Assembly: GCA_021162125.1 (NCBI GenBank)
Contig: JAGGZG010000239.1
Span: forward strand, 1 to 35,804
From: Anaerolineae bacterium
GTDB lineage: Bacteria; Chloroflexota; Anaerolineae; JACIWR01
Length of the DNA stretch: 35,804 nt
Direction: 5' to 3'
The notes beneath the pieces were generated by a model that was given only the letters and a program-made list of their open reading frames with translations, ran no database searches and was not told the DNA's origin. The position numbers were made by a program, and so were the translations under genes. Below are positions 25,079 through 33,964 of this stretch, piece after piece. Each line of letters starts with the position of its first letter. Within the stretch, counting starts at the first letter, position 1.

Positions 25079-25708
25079 TCACAACAATCCGCGCTTGGTT
25101 GCCCGCATTACAGCTTCGATGCGGTTGTGGGCATCCAGTTTCTGATACAGGTTCTGGATGTAGGTCTTGATGGTGTTTTCACTCAGACAAAGACGCTGTG
25201 CGATCTCGCGATTAGTCAGTCCCTCGGCGATCAGGCGCAAGATCTCGATCTCGCGCAGGGTTAAACGGTCAGGGACATCATCCGCCGGCCCTTCCTGTAA
25301 CCAATTGAACATCATGCGGGCGACACGCGGGTCTACCGGGGATCCATCTCGCACCAACTCACGGATGCTGCGCCGCAGGTCTGTGCTGGCCACGTCTTTC
25401 AGCACATAGCCCCTGGCCCCGGCGCGAATACATTCCTGTACTACACCACTATCCAGATAACCGGTCAGGATTAGCACTACTGTCCCAGGTACATCATGTT
25501 GGATGCGGTAGCACAGTTCAATGCCGCTGATTCTGGGGAGACGCACGTCCACCAGCGCCACGTCGGGGTGGGTAGCGTGGATTACGCGCAGGGCCTCTTC
25601 GCCATCTCCAGCCTCTCCTACGACTTCAAATTCGGGATCGCCTTGTAGGATGGCGGCGATGCCCCGGCGCACAATTTCGTGATCGTCTACAACGACAACA
25701 CGGATCAT
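25079..25708 (-). CDS. NarL/LuxR-family response regulator (DosR/DevR-like)
   Basis: VVDDHEIVRRG, VDVRLP, GARGYVLK, LTLREIEIL, GLTNREIA and TIKTY; ATGA overlap with the kinase stop. Confidence 0.93.
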   Translation of the reverse strand: MIRVVVVDDHEIVRRGIAAILQGDPEFEVVGEAGDGEEALRVIHATHPDVALVDVRLPRISGIELCYRIQHDVPGTVVLILTGYLDSGVVQECIRAGARGYVLKDVASTDLRRSIRELVRDGSPVDPRVARMMFNWLQEGPADDVPDRLTLREIEILRLIAEGLTNREIAQRLCLSENTIKTYIQNLYQKLDAHNRIEAVMRATKRGLL

Positions 25709-26865
25709 TGGCTTGCTGTCTCCCGTTTGGGTAGCCACGCCTTGACTATCAGCCCGCCCTCGTCGCCGTTCGCCAGGCTCAACCGCCCACCGGCCTTTTC
25801 CACCATCGTGCGAGTCGTGGATATGCCGAAGTGGTATCCATCACCTTGCAACACGATTGGCAGGTGAGAGGGCGGAATCCCCACGCCGTCGTCCTGTATG
25901 GTGACAACTAATTCATCCCGATTGCAGGAAAGTGTGACCAATACCATCGTTGCTTGGGCATGCTTGCGCACATTCGCCAACGCTTCTTGCACCACACGAA
26001 TCACCGCATTCCGCAATTGGGTGTTAGGGACAGCGAGGCGAGGTGGAAGAACCAGGCAGGTTTCTATGGCTGTGGTATCCTCGAATTCCTGAACCAGTGT
26101 GCGCAAGGCGCAGGAGAGCGTATCCTGGCCGTCACTTTGTGAGAGGGCGAAGATAGCATTGCGAACTTCGCTGCTGCCCTGTGCCGAAAGGCGACCTATG
26201 GCCTCCAGGTGTGCGTCAGGTGGAAGATTGTCAGCCAGGGCATCCAATCCCTGTTTCGCTTCCAGGCCGATGATGTAAAAGAGTTGCGCTACTGTGTCGT
26301 GCAGATTATTGGCCAGGCGTTCTCGCTCTCGCAGGCGGGCCATCTCCTGTGATTGAGCGTAGAGCCGGGCATTTTCAATGGCGATGGCCGCCTGGGTGGA
26401 GAAAGCAGAAAGTAGCTCTTCGTCGTCCGCGGTAAAAGCTGGCTCCCCTGGCCCGTTGCCCACGAAGAGGACGCCCAGGACATGGCCTTTGGACTGGAGG
26501 GGCACGGTCAGGAGCGCCTTGACGGGAGGGTGGCCTGGTGGCATACCTACTGCTTGCGGATGCTGCTGCACGTCTGTCACCCGCAGAGGTCGTCCATCGC
26601 GCAACGGGGCGGCGAAAAGCCCGCTGCCCTGGGGCAAGCGGTTGAGAGGGTAGGGCCAACCACAGACCTTGAAGCAGTCGAAACGTTGGCCCTCTTCCTG
26701 GCTCAGCACCAGCAATCCCCCTAATTCCGCGCCGATGAGCCGCGTGGCCGTGTCCACGATCTCCTGGAGCAGGGGGTCCAAATCCAGCCGGGAGGCTATC
26801 GAGCGGCTGACCTCCATCAAACGGGAGAGCTGATGAACTTTGCGTTCCAGATATTCTTTAGACAT
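25705..26865 (-). CDS. Cytoplasmic GAF + HisKA_3 sensor histidine kinase (DosS/DosT-like GAF)
   Basis: GAF with HPQAVGMPPGHPPVKALLTVPL; H-box ERERLANNLHDTVAQ; QEALANVRKHA, DDGVG and HFGI; no TM segment. Start ATG 26865 has a weak RBS. Confidence 0.9.
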   Translation of the reverse strand: MSKEYLERKVHQLSRLMEVSRSIASRLDLDPLLQEIVDTATRLIGAELGGLLVLSQEEGQRFDCFKVCGWPYPLNRLPQGSGLFAAPLRDGRPLRVTDVQQHPQAVGMPPGHPPVKALLTVPLQSKGHVLGVLFVGNGPGEPAFTADDEELLSAFSTQAAIAIENARLYAQSQEMARLRERERLANNLHDTVAQLFYIIGLEAKQGLDALADNLPPDAHLEAIGRLSAQGSSEVRNAIFALSQSDGQDTLSCALRTLVQEFEDTTAIETCLVLPPRLAVPNTQLRNAVIRVVQEALANVRKHAQATMVLVTLSCNRDELVVTIQDDGVGIPPSHLPIVLQGDGYHFGISTTRTMVEKAGGRLSLANGDEGGLIVKAWLPKRETASQ

Positions 26866-26909
26866 TGCTTCGTTCTTTTGAGATGAGCGGCGCTGCTTCT
26901 CGTGAACTA

Positions 26910-26946
26910 TCAGGTGACAGTCACCTCCGAGGTGACTGTCACCTGA
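26910..26946. repeat. REP-like nested palindrome that supplies the stop codon of the aminotransferase
   Basis: TCAGGTGACAGTCACCTC-C-GAGGTGACTGTCACCTGA, perfect 18-bp arms. Confidence 0.85.
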
Positions 26947-28054
26947 CGTGAATCCGATCCAAGGCCGAAACCAGGTAATCGTGCGGAAGACCAAAGCTGA
27001 TGCGCACGAGATGATCCATGCCAAAGTGGTCGCCGGGCACGATGAGCACGCTTTTCTCCTTGCGTAACCGCTCTGTGAACTCCGTTGAGTTGATATCGAG
27101 ATGATAGCGGACGAAAGCAATAGCGGCTGCCTGAGGGGGTGTCAGGCTGAATGTGTCCCCGTGGCTGTCCATCCACTGTTGTAGCACTGAATACCCCTTG
27201 CGGATATAATCCCTGGCGCGCTGGATGAGGCGGGGGCGTACTTCTGGGGACAGGGCGATGGTGGCGAGTTTGTTTGAGAGCATCGTGGCGGAAATTGCGA
27301 TGTACTCGTGCCGGGCCCAGATCTCGTCTATGGTGTCTGGAGGGGCAACTGCCCAGCCGATGCGAAGCCCTGGCAGTCCGTATGCTTTGCTCAAACTGCC
27401 TACAGCTATCACTCTATTATACCGACCGTAGAACGAGGGCGTCTGTTCGTCTGTCAGACGCTCTGCTCCTCTGTACACCTCATCGGCCAGAATCCAGGCT
27501 CCTACACGTTCCGCCGCAGCGATTATAGCATCCATTTCGGCCTCGGTGAGAATGTAGCCGGTGGGGTTGTTGGGATTGCATACGGCGATGAGCCTGGTGT
27601 TGGCTGTGACTGCTTCGTCCAGTTCGCCCAGGTCGAGTGCCCAGCCGTGCTTTTCTCTCAAATGGAATTCTTTCACTTTCAGGCCGTGGTTCTTGGCAAT
27701 GCCCCAAATCTGCATGTAGTTGGGGAGCATGATGACGATCTCGTCTCCCGCAGAAAGCAGGGTGCGGGTGGTGATGTAGTTGGCTTCGGCTGCCCCCACG
27801 GTGACCAGGACGTTTTCCACCGTGGCCCCATCGTACAGAGCGGCGATGTTCTCCCGTAATTCGGGCACGCCGTTGACGTGAGGGTAGTTCAACTCGGTGG
27901 CAAGCAGGTGATTGATATAGTCAGGGGCATCTCTTAGCAGCTCGCCCAGCGACACGGGATGTACCCCGCTTTCGGAGAGATTGTATTCCACGTCCTGCTC
28001 AAACTTGGACATCATACGTTCCATGAGAAATGGATGGAACTTGGGCATCTGCAT
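26939..28054 (-). CDS. Class I/II PLP-dependent aminotransferase
   Basis: NLSESG, TVGAAEAN, CNPNNPTG, DEVYRG, SLSKAYGLPGLRIGW and VRISFG; AAGGAG RBS. Confidence 0.92.
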   Translation of the reverse strand: MQMPKFHPFLMERMMSKFEQDVEYNLSESGVHPVSLGELLRDAPDYINHLLATELNYPHVNGVPELRENIAALYDGATVENVLVTVGAAEANYITTRTLLSAGDEIVIMLPNYMQIWGIAKNHGLKVKEFHLREKHGWALDLGELDEAVTANTRLIAVCNPNNPTGYILTEAEMDAIIAAAERVGAWILADEVYRGAERLTDEQTPSFYGRYNRVIAVGSLSKAYGLPGLRIGWAVAPPDTIDEIWARHEYIAISATMLSNKLATIALSPEVRPRLIQRARDYIRKGYSVLQQWMDSHGDTFSLTPPQAAAIAFVRYHLDINSTEFTERLRKEKSVLIVPGDHFGMDHLVRISFGLPHDYLVSALDRIHVR

Positions 28055-28119
28055 ACAACTCCTTCTTTAAACATGGTCAAACATGGTCGTTGTGGCAGAG
28101 TCACGTGTTGTGGTGAATT

Positions 28120-28836
28120 CTATAGGGCTCTTTTCTGAATCGCCAGTAACTCGCCGATCCCCTTCTCCGCCAGATTCAACAACTTCTCCAGCGCGGCTCG
28201 ATCAAAAGGCCGGCCCTCCGCTGTGCCCTGCACCTCCACGTACTCGCCATCGGCGGTCATCACCACGTTGACATCTACGTCGGCGATGGCATCCTCTGCG
28301 TAGCACAGATCGAGCATGGGTTCCCCGTCCACCACCCCCACGCTGACGGCGGCCACCGGCACGCGGAGCACATCGGCCGGCACCACGCCGCGCTCAGCCA
28401 GGCGCTGTAAGGCCAGGGCCACGGCCACGTATCCCCCGGTGACGGCCGCAGTTCGCGTTCCCCCGTCGGCCTGGAGCACGTCGCAGTCCACGATAATGGT
28501 TCGTGGCCCCAGCTTTTGCAGATCCACGGCGGCGCGCAGGCTGCGCCCGATGAAGCGGCGAATCTCCTGCGTGCGGCCCCGGAGCCCGCGGGTCTCGCGA
28601 GGGGTGCGGGTGTGCGTAGAACGGGGGAGCAGCGCGTACTCGGCGGTGAGCCATCCCTGTTCGTTATCCCAGCCCTGATTACGCAGCCAGGAGGGTAGAG
28701 TATCCTCCACCGTGACGTTGCACAGCACTTTGGTGCTGCCCATCTCGATCAGCACCGAGCCCTCTGGATAGGCGATGTAATCCGGGGTGATGGTCACCGG
28801 ACGCAGGTCGTCGTTGGCCCGTCCATCTACGCGCAT
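28120..28836 (-). CDS. rph: Ribonuclease PH
   Basis: MRVDGR, EGSVLI, WLTAEY, GRTQEIRRFIGRSLR, DCDVLQADGGTRTA, LDLCYAED and EVQGTAEG. Confidence 0.96.
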   Translation of the reverse strand: MRVDGRANDDLRPVTITPDYIAYPEGSVLIEMGSTKVLCNVTVEDTLPSWLRNQGWDNEQGWLTAEYALLPRSTHTRTPRETRGLRGRTQEIRRFIGRSLRAAVDLQKLGPRTIIVDCDVLQADGGTRTAAVTGGYVAVALALQRLAERGVVPADVLRVPVAAVSVGVVDGEPMLDLCYAEDAIADVDVNVVMTADGEYVEVQGTAEGRPFDRAALEKLLNLAEKGIGELLAIQKRAL

Positions 28837-28911
28837 AAAAATCGCCTCCTCGGAGTTTGTTTGGGGAGCGTGGGGACAAGCTCCCGTTTATGGCTCCTTT
28901 ACCTGCTAATA

Positions 28912-28960
28912 AGCCGTGCTGCGTGTTGCGTAGACGGAACACGCAATACGCAACACGGCT
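28912..28960. repeat. Hairpin built from 7-nt repeats (TGCGTGT / ACGCAAC)
   Basis: AGCCGTGCTGCGTGTTGCGT...ACGCAATACGCAACACGGCT between valS and rph. Confidence 0.7.
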
Positions 28961-29028
28961 ACGAAGATCACGAGTGCACGTTGAGCCTGGTTCTGTTTCC
29001 GCCAGACCAAATTGTGCTCGGTACAGGA

Positions 29029-31683
29029 TCACAGCCCGCCCAGGCTCTCCAGTCGTTCCCGCAGCTTCTGCCACTTCTCCCGATACTTGGTTACCTTGTC
29101 GCGTTCTTTTTGCACGACGTGGGCCGGGGCCTTGGAGATAAAATTCTTGTTGGTCAGCAGAATCTGGCTATTGGCGATGAGCTTGGTCAGGCGTTCCATT
29201 TCGTTGGCGATGCGCGCTTTCTCCGCTTCCACATCTATCATCCCGGCCAGTGGCAGGTAGATCGTCACTCCGCCGACTACCAGAGTCAGCGCCTGGGCCG
29301 GAACATCCGTCAGCGTCGTGTCCAGTTCCAGCCGCTCAGAGTCCAGGTGGGCCAGGGATAGCAGGATGTCCTGCTGTTCGCGGAGCAGGTCGTAGTACTT
29401 GCCGGCCGCTATGGACGCAGCAATGCGCTGTTTCGGCTGCACGCTGAACTCGGCGCGGGCATTGCGGATGGCGCGCACGATGTCCATCAGCAGCTCGATG
29501 GCCGTCTCGGCTTCCTCGTCCACCCCACCAGCCCGCGGCCAGGGAGCGATCATGATGCTCTCACCCTCGTGGGGCAGATTCTGCCAGATGGCCTCGGTGA
29601 CGAAGGGCATAAAGGGATGCAGGAGGCGCATCGTTCGTTCCAGGACGTACGCCAGCACTTGCCGGGCGGCGTTCTGGGCGCTGGGGTCCTGGCCATAAAG
29701 GCGCACCTTAGCCATCTCGATGTACCAGTCGCAGAACTCACCCCACAGGAAGTCGTAGATCTGCCGTCCGGCCTCGCCGTACTGGTACTGTTCGATCAGG
29801 CGCGTCACGTCCGCCACCAGGCGATTGCTGCGGCTGATAATCCATTTGTCCACCGGGTTCTGCTCCGGTAGATTTTGGATGGAGATGCCGGGCTTGACCG
29901 ATTCGTCCATGTGGCTGACCACGAAGCGGGCCGCGTTCCAGATTTTATTGGCGAAGTTGCGGCTGGCCTCCACCCGTTGCAGGGATAGCTTCATGTCGTT
30001 GCCCGGCGAGGAGCCGGTGAGCAGGGTGAAACGCAGCGCGTCCGCGCCGTATTCGTCAACGATGTTAAGTGGGTCGTATTTTTCGGCGTCGGGCATGGAC
30101 TTGCTGATCTTCTCGCCCCGTTCATTGCGGATCAACCCGTGCAGGTACACTATGCTGTAGGGCGCTTGTCCGGTCATGGCCAGGCCGAGCATGATCTCCC
30201 GGGCCACCCAGAAGAACAGGATGTCGTACCCGGTCTCGCGCATCGTGGTCGGATAGAAGTACTGGAAATCTTCGGTCTCCTCAGGCCAACCCAGCGTGGA
30301 GAAGGGCCACAGCCCGGAGGAGAACCAGGTGTCGAGCACGTCGGGGTCCTGGCGGATGTTGGTACTGCCGCAGTGGGCGCACTTGGTGGGGTCCGTTACC
30401 TCGCAAGTCTGGCCGCCGCAGTCATCGCAGTACCATACCGGGATGCGGTGGCCCCACCACAGTTGGCGGCTGATGCACCAGTCGCGGATGTTCTCCAGCC
30501 AGTTGAAGTACACCTTGGTGAAACGTTCGGGCACGATGCGGATGCGCCCGTCGCGCACGGCCTCCAGGGCCGCGTCGGCCAGGGACTTGATCTTGACGAA
30601 CCATTGGGTGGACACGTATGGCTCGATCACAGTGTTGCAGCGTTGGCAGTGGCCCAGGGAGTGCTGGTAGTTCTCAACTTTAACCAATAGCCCGGCCTTC
30701 TCCAGGTCGGCTACCAGGTTCTTGCGGCATTCGTAGCGATCCTGACCCTGGTACGGGCCGGCGGCCTCGTTCATAGTGCCGTTCTCGTTGAGCACATTGA
30801 TGACCGGCAAATCGTGCCGCTGCCCGATTTCGTAGTCAGTGGGGTCGTGGCCCGGGGTCACTTTTACTGCGCCGGTGCCGAACTCGGGGTCCACAACCTC
30901 GTCGGCGATGATGGGGATGCGGCGTTCCAGTATCGGTAGGATGGCCGTGCGCCCGACCATTGCCGTATAGCGTTCGTCGTCCGGGTGAACGGCCACGGCG
31001 GTATCGCCCAGGATGGTCTCCGGCCGGGTGGTGGCCACCTCGATGAACCCGCCGCCTTCCAGCGGGTAGCGCACGTACCATAGCTTGCCGGTCCTCTCCT
31101 CGTGGACCACCTCCAGGTCGGAGATGGCGGAGGTGCAGCGCGGACACCAGTTCACCAGATAAGTGCCCCGGTAGATCAATCCCTGCTTGTACAGGCGCAC
31201 GAAAGCCTCGCGCACCGCCCGTGACAGCCCCTCGTCCAGGGTGAAGCGCTCTCGCTCCCAATCGCAGGAGACGCCCAGCCGGCGGTGCTGGTCGGTGATG
31301 CGCTTGTGGTAGATTTCCTTCCATTGCCACACCCGCTCTATGAATTTCTCGCGGCCCAGGTCATGCCGGGTGAGGCCCTCCTTGGCCAGCTCGCGCTCCA
31401 CCACGTTCTGCGTGGCGATGCCGGCGTGGTCCGAACCGGGCAACCAGAGGGTAGGATCGCCCTTCATGCGATGGTAGCGGGTCACCAGGTCTTCCACTGC
31501 TGCGGTAATAGCGTGACCCAGGTGCAGTGCCCCGGTGACGTTGGGCGGTGGCATGGTGATGGTGAAGGGCTTTTTCCAGGGGTTAATCTCCGGACGGAAG
31601 TATCCTTTTCTCTCCCACCAGTCGTAGATAGGCTTTTCCGCTTTTTGCGGATTGTAGGTTTTGGGCATTTTGATCTTGCTCAT
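29029..31683 (-). CDS. valS: Valine--tRNA ligase
   Basis: PPPNVTGALHLGH, DHAGIATQ, TTRPET, DWCISRQLWWGH, DVLDTWFSS, KISKS and a C-terminal coiled-coil arm. Confidence 0.98.
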   Translation of the reverse strand: MSKIKMPKTYNPQKAEKPIYDWWERKGYFRPEINPWKKPFTITMPPPNVTGALHLGHAITAAVEDLVTRYHRMKGDPTLWLPGSDHAGIATQNVVERELAKEGLTRHDLGREKFIERVWQWKEIYHKRITDQHRRLGVSCDWERERFTLDEGLSRAVREAFVRLYKQGLIYRGTYLVNWCPRCTSAISDLEVVHEERTGKLWYVRYPLEGGGFIEVATTRPETILGDTAVAVHPDDERYTAMVGRTAILPILERRIPIIADEVVDPEFGTGAVKVTPGHDPTDYEIGQRHDLPVINVLNENGTMNEAAGPYQGQDRYECRKNLVADLEKAGLLVKVENYQHSLGHCQRCNTVIEPYVSTQWFVKIKSLADAALEAVRDGRIRIVPERFTKVYFNWLENIRDWCISRQLWWGHRIPVWYCDDCGGQTCEVTDPTKCAHCGSTNIRQDPDVLDTWFSSGLWPFSTLGWPEETEDFQYFYPTTMRETGYDILFFWVAREIMLGLAMTGQAPYSIVYLHGLIRNERGEKISKSMPDAEKYDPLNIVDEYGADALRFTLLTGSSPGNDMKLSLQRVEASRNFANKIWNAARFVVSHMDESVKPGISIQNLPEQNPVDKWIISRSNRLVADVTRLIEQYQYGEAGRQIYDFLWGEFCDWYIEMAKVRLYGQDPSAQNAARQVLAYVLERTMRLLHPFMPFVTEAIWQNLPHEGESIMIAPWPRAGGVDEEAETAIELLMDIVRAIRNARAEFSVQPKQRIAASIAAGKYYDLLREQQDILLSLAHLDSERLELDTTLTDVPAQALTLVVGGVTIYLPLAGMIDVEAEKARIANEMERLTKLIANSQILLTNKNFISKAPAHVVQKERDKVTKYREKWQKLRERLESLGGL

Positions 31684-31790
31684 GGCCGGATTGTCCTTTC
31701 CTTATAGTCAAGGGGTGAGACAGGAGATACACGTACAGCAACGCCGTCTTCGTCCACTGTCATCACCTCCCCTCCAGGTCTTGCTTCTGA

Positions 31791-31890
31791 GTAACTGCTC
31801 AGGTTACTTCTGTTAGCGATTGAAATCGCCTCTAGAGGGCTTGCAGCCGAGCGTCCACCTGCGTGGACGCGCCTGTCCACGCAGGTGGAC
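31791..31890. repeat. Second, asymmetric copy of the 320-481 element
   Basis: Reverse complement of 382-481 with one mismatch (31804); continues into a divergent arm containing GCGGTTTCAACCGC up to about 31930. Confidence 0.93.
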
Positions 31891-31942
31891 AGCCAGCTTT
31901 AGCTCCTCAGGCGCGGTTTCAACCGCTTAACGCTTCTGAATC

Positions 31943-31976
31943 AAAAGCCCCTCTCGCCTCAAGGACGAGAGGGGCT
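31943..31976 (-). terminator. T-box intrinsic terminator
   Basis: AGCCCCTCTCGTCCTTGAGGCGAGAGGGGCT followed by a short U-tract; overlaps the antiterminator strand CGTCCTT. Confidence 0.85.
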
Positions 31977-32182
31977 CCCTCACGCGGTACCACCTTGCTT
32001 CTGGTCAACCGACCAGCGCTCTGCGGCTGTAACGGGCCGACCCGTGCTGGCCTACTGCTGTGGCCATCAGCCAGCAGACTCCCAGGCGACCTTCGACTGG
32101 CGGCCGGTGCGCGGGGCTTCCAGCCGGTGACCCCGCTTCTCTATCACCGCAGTCCAGCCTACTCCTCCTGTTCACCGTCTTT
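31943..32182 (-). ncRNA. Val T-box riboswitch leader of valS
   Basis: T-box AAGGTGGTACCGCG (31996-31983); stem I motifs GGAGTAG, AGAGAAG, GCTGGAA; specifier GAAG-GTC (Val codon, 32090-32088). Confidence 0.93.
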
Positions 32183-32250
32183 CACAGTCTATGATGAATG
32201 AAGAGTGAGGGAGTTTTGGGAACCCCCTTGCTCCCTCACGGCTGTTTTTA

Positions 32251-32279
32251 ATTATAACCGATTTTGGCCGAAGTGTCAA
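32251..32279 (-). promoter_or_regulatory. Consensus promoter TTGACA-17-TATAAT for T-box/valS
   Basis: -35 at 32279-32274; -10 at 32256-32251. Confidence 0.85.
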
Positions 32280-32284
32280 AATTG

Positions 32285-32318
32285 AGGTGCCCGGCACTTG
32301 AAGAAGTGCCGGGCACCT
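32285..32318. repeat. REP-like palindrome, family A
   Basis: AGGTGCCCGGCACTT-GAAG-AAGTGCCGGGCACCT between divergent promoters. Confidence 0.8.
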
Positions 32319-32331
32319 TGAAAGACCAATT

Positions 32332-32360
32332 TTGTCATTTGGGGGGAAAGCTGGTATAAT
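32332..32360 (+). promoter_or_regulatory. Promoter TTGTCA-17-TATAAT (extended -10)
   Basis: Lies upstream of the AAGGAGG RBS and ATG 32393. Confidence 0.75.
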
Positions 32361-32392
32361 CTGGCCCATACGTAAACCACAAGGAGGATTCA

Positions 32393-32818
32393 ATGGGACG
32401 AGTGATTTCCGTCGAGCGGGTGGGCACAAAGCGGCAACAACTGCGACGTACCGTTGCCGAGGCCCTTCGCCGATTGATGGAAAAGCCTGAGTTGGACGAG
32501 GAGGCCAAAGACCTGGCGGCGCTCATCGTCTTTTGTCTGGATGCCATCGCCGAGGGGGTGGATCGTTCGGCGACAGCCTGGGAGCGAAGGAATTACTACC
32601 TCAAGGCCGACCGCTTTCGTCGTGAGTGGGCGTGGGCCAGTCGCACTGCGGACGAGATGGCGACCTTGATTCAAGAAGATGCCTGGGATGGCCTGCCGGC
32701 GGTGTTGGCCAGCCTGCTGCCCCACTTTGCGGACGTGCGGGTGGTCAAGTTGGTGCGCCCGCCGTCTCTGTGGCAGGGAGCGTACCAGCGATTGCTTGCC
32801 GAGGAGACGCTGCGATGA
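32393..32818 (+). CDS. Hypothetical helical protein
   Basis: Strong RBS and promoter; AWERRNYYLKADRFRREWAW segment; ATGA overlap with the next gene. Confidence 0.82.
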   Translation: MGRVISVERVGTKRQQLRRTVAEALRRLMEKPELDEEAKDLAALIVFCLDAIAEGVDRSATAWERRNYYLKADRFRREWAWASRTADEMATLIQEDAWDGLPAVLASLLPHFADVRVVKLVRPPSLWQGAYQRLLAEETLR

Positions 32819-33948
32819 AATTCACACGCTCGACTTCTTCCCCTCCGCCCCCTGAACCTCCCATTCCAGAATGGGACATCGTCCGCCTGCGGGAGGCTGT
32901 GGGCGACGTGTTTGCCGTGAGCGACGTGACCATGAATCCATCGCCGCGCGTGGCCCTTCAACTCCGTGGCCGGCTGCTGGTCCCGGCCCACCAGGCGTAC
33001 GAGCAGGTGAGCAGTCGCTTTCGTGACCTGGGCTACACCCCCCTCTTTCAACGTGAGGATGGGAACGACGTGATTCTGGCCGTGCGAGGCGTCATCCAGG
33101 CCACGCCTTCCCGTCCCTGGTTAGCGGCCCTGCTGTTCCTGGCCACCGTGGCGTCCGTGGTGTTTGCCGGTATGCAGATGGTAGAGCCGCCACCTGGGCA
33201 TCTGCTCCCTTCGCCGCTGGCCGGGCTGCCCTTCGCCGTGAGTCTGCTGAGCATCCTCCTGGTTCACGAGTTAGGACACTATTTCGTGGCCCGAGCCTAC
33301 GGCGTGCCGGTCAGCTTGCCGTATTTCATCCCTATGCCTATTAGCCTGTTCGGTACGATGGGGGCTTTCATTCGTATGAAGGCCCCGCCGACCAACCGGC
33401 GAGTGCTGGTGTCCATCGCCGCCGCCGGGCCGCTGGCCGGGTTGATGCTGGCTATACCCATCTTAATCATTGGGTTGCTGCTTTCGGAAGTGACTCCCCT
33501 GCCCACCGGTGAGCTGTTACTGATGGAGGGCAACTCTTTGCTGTACCTGGGCCTCAAGTTTTTGATCTTCGGACGAGTCTTGCCCAGCGGAGGGGTGGAC
33601 GTGATGCTGCATCCAATAGCCATGGCTGGTTGGGTGGGTTTGCTGGTCACTGGCCTCAATTTGATCCCCGCCGGGCAGCTTGATGGAGGGCACATCGTCT
33701 ACGCCTTGCTAGGGGAACGGGCGCGTTGGCTCACCTGGCTGATAATTGGTGCTATGCTGGTTCTGGGTTTCGTCTGGGACGGGTGGTTCCTGTGGGCCGG
33801 GCTGATTTTCGTCTTCGGGCGGCGTCCGGCGGCTCCACTGGACGCTATCACCACCCTCGACCGGCCGCGGCAGGTGTTGGCTGTGCTCGTCATCATTGTG
33901 TTCATCCTGATTTTCACTCCTGTGCCCCTGGTCGCTCAGCAATTTTAA
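32815..33948 (+). CDS. Site-2 protease (M50 family intramembrane metalloprotease)
   Basis: HELGH, PYFIP, GTMGA, AGPLAG and NLIPAGQLDGGH. Confidence 0.93.
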   Translation: MKFTRSTSSPPPPEPPIPEWDIVRLREAVGDVFAVSDVTMNPSPRVALQLRGRLLVPAHQAYEQVSSRFRDLGYTPLFQREDGNDVILAVRGVIQATPSRPWLAALLFLATVASVVFAGMQMVEPPPGHLLPSPLAGLPFAVSLLSILLVHELGHYFVARAYGVPVSLPYFIPMPISLFGTMGAFIRMKAPPTNRRVLVSIAAAGPLAGLMLAIPILIIGLLLSEVTPLPTGELLLMEGNSLLYLGLKFLIFGRVLPSGGVDVMLHPIAMAGWVGLLVTGLNLIPAGQLDGGHIVYALLGERARWLTWLIIGAMLVLGFVWDGWFLWAGLIFVFGRRPAAPLDAITTLDRPRQVLAVLVIIVFILIFTPVPLVAQQF

Positions 33949-33964
33949 CAATGAGGAGGTCGCG

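Noticed and set aside
26866-27120. N-terminal extension of the histidine kinase ORF
   Set aside because: It overlaps the aminotransferase in another frame and includes the palindrome; ATG 26865 gives a normal coiled-coil-GAF start.
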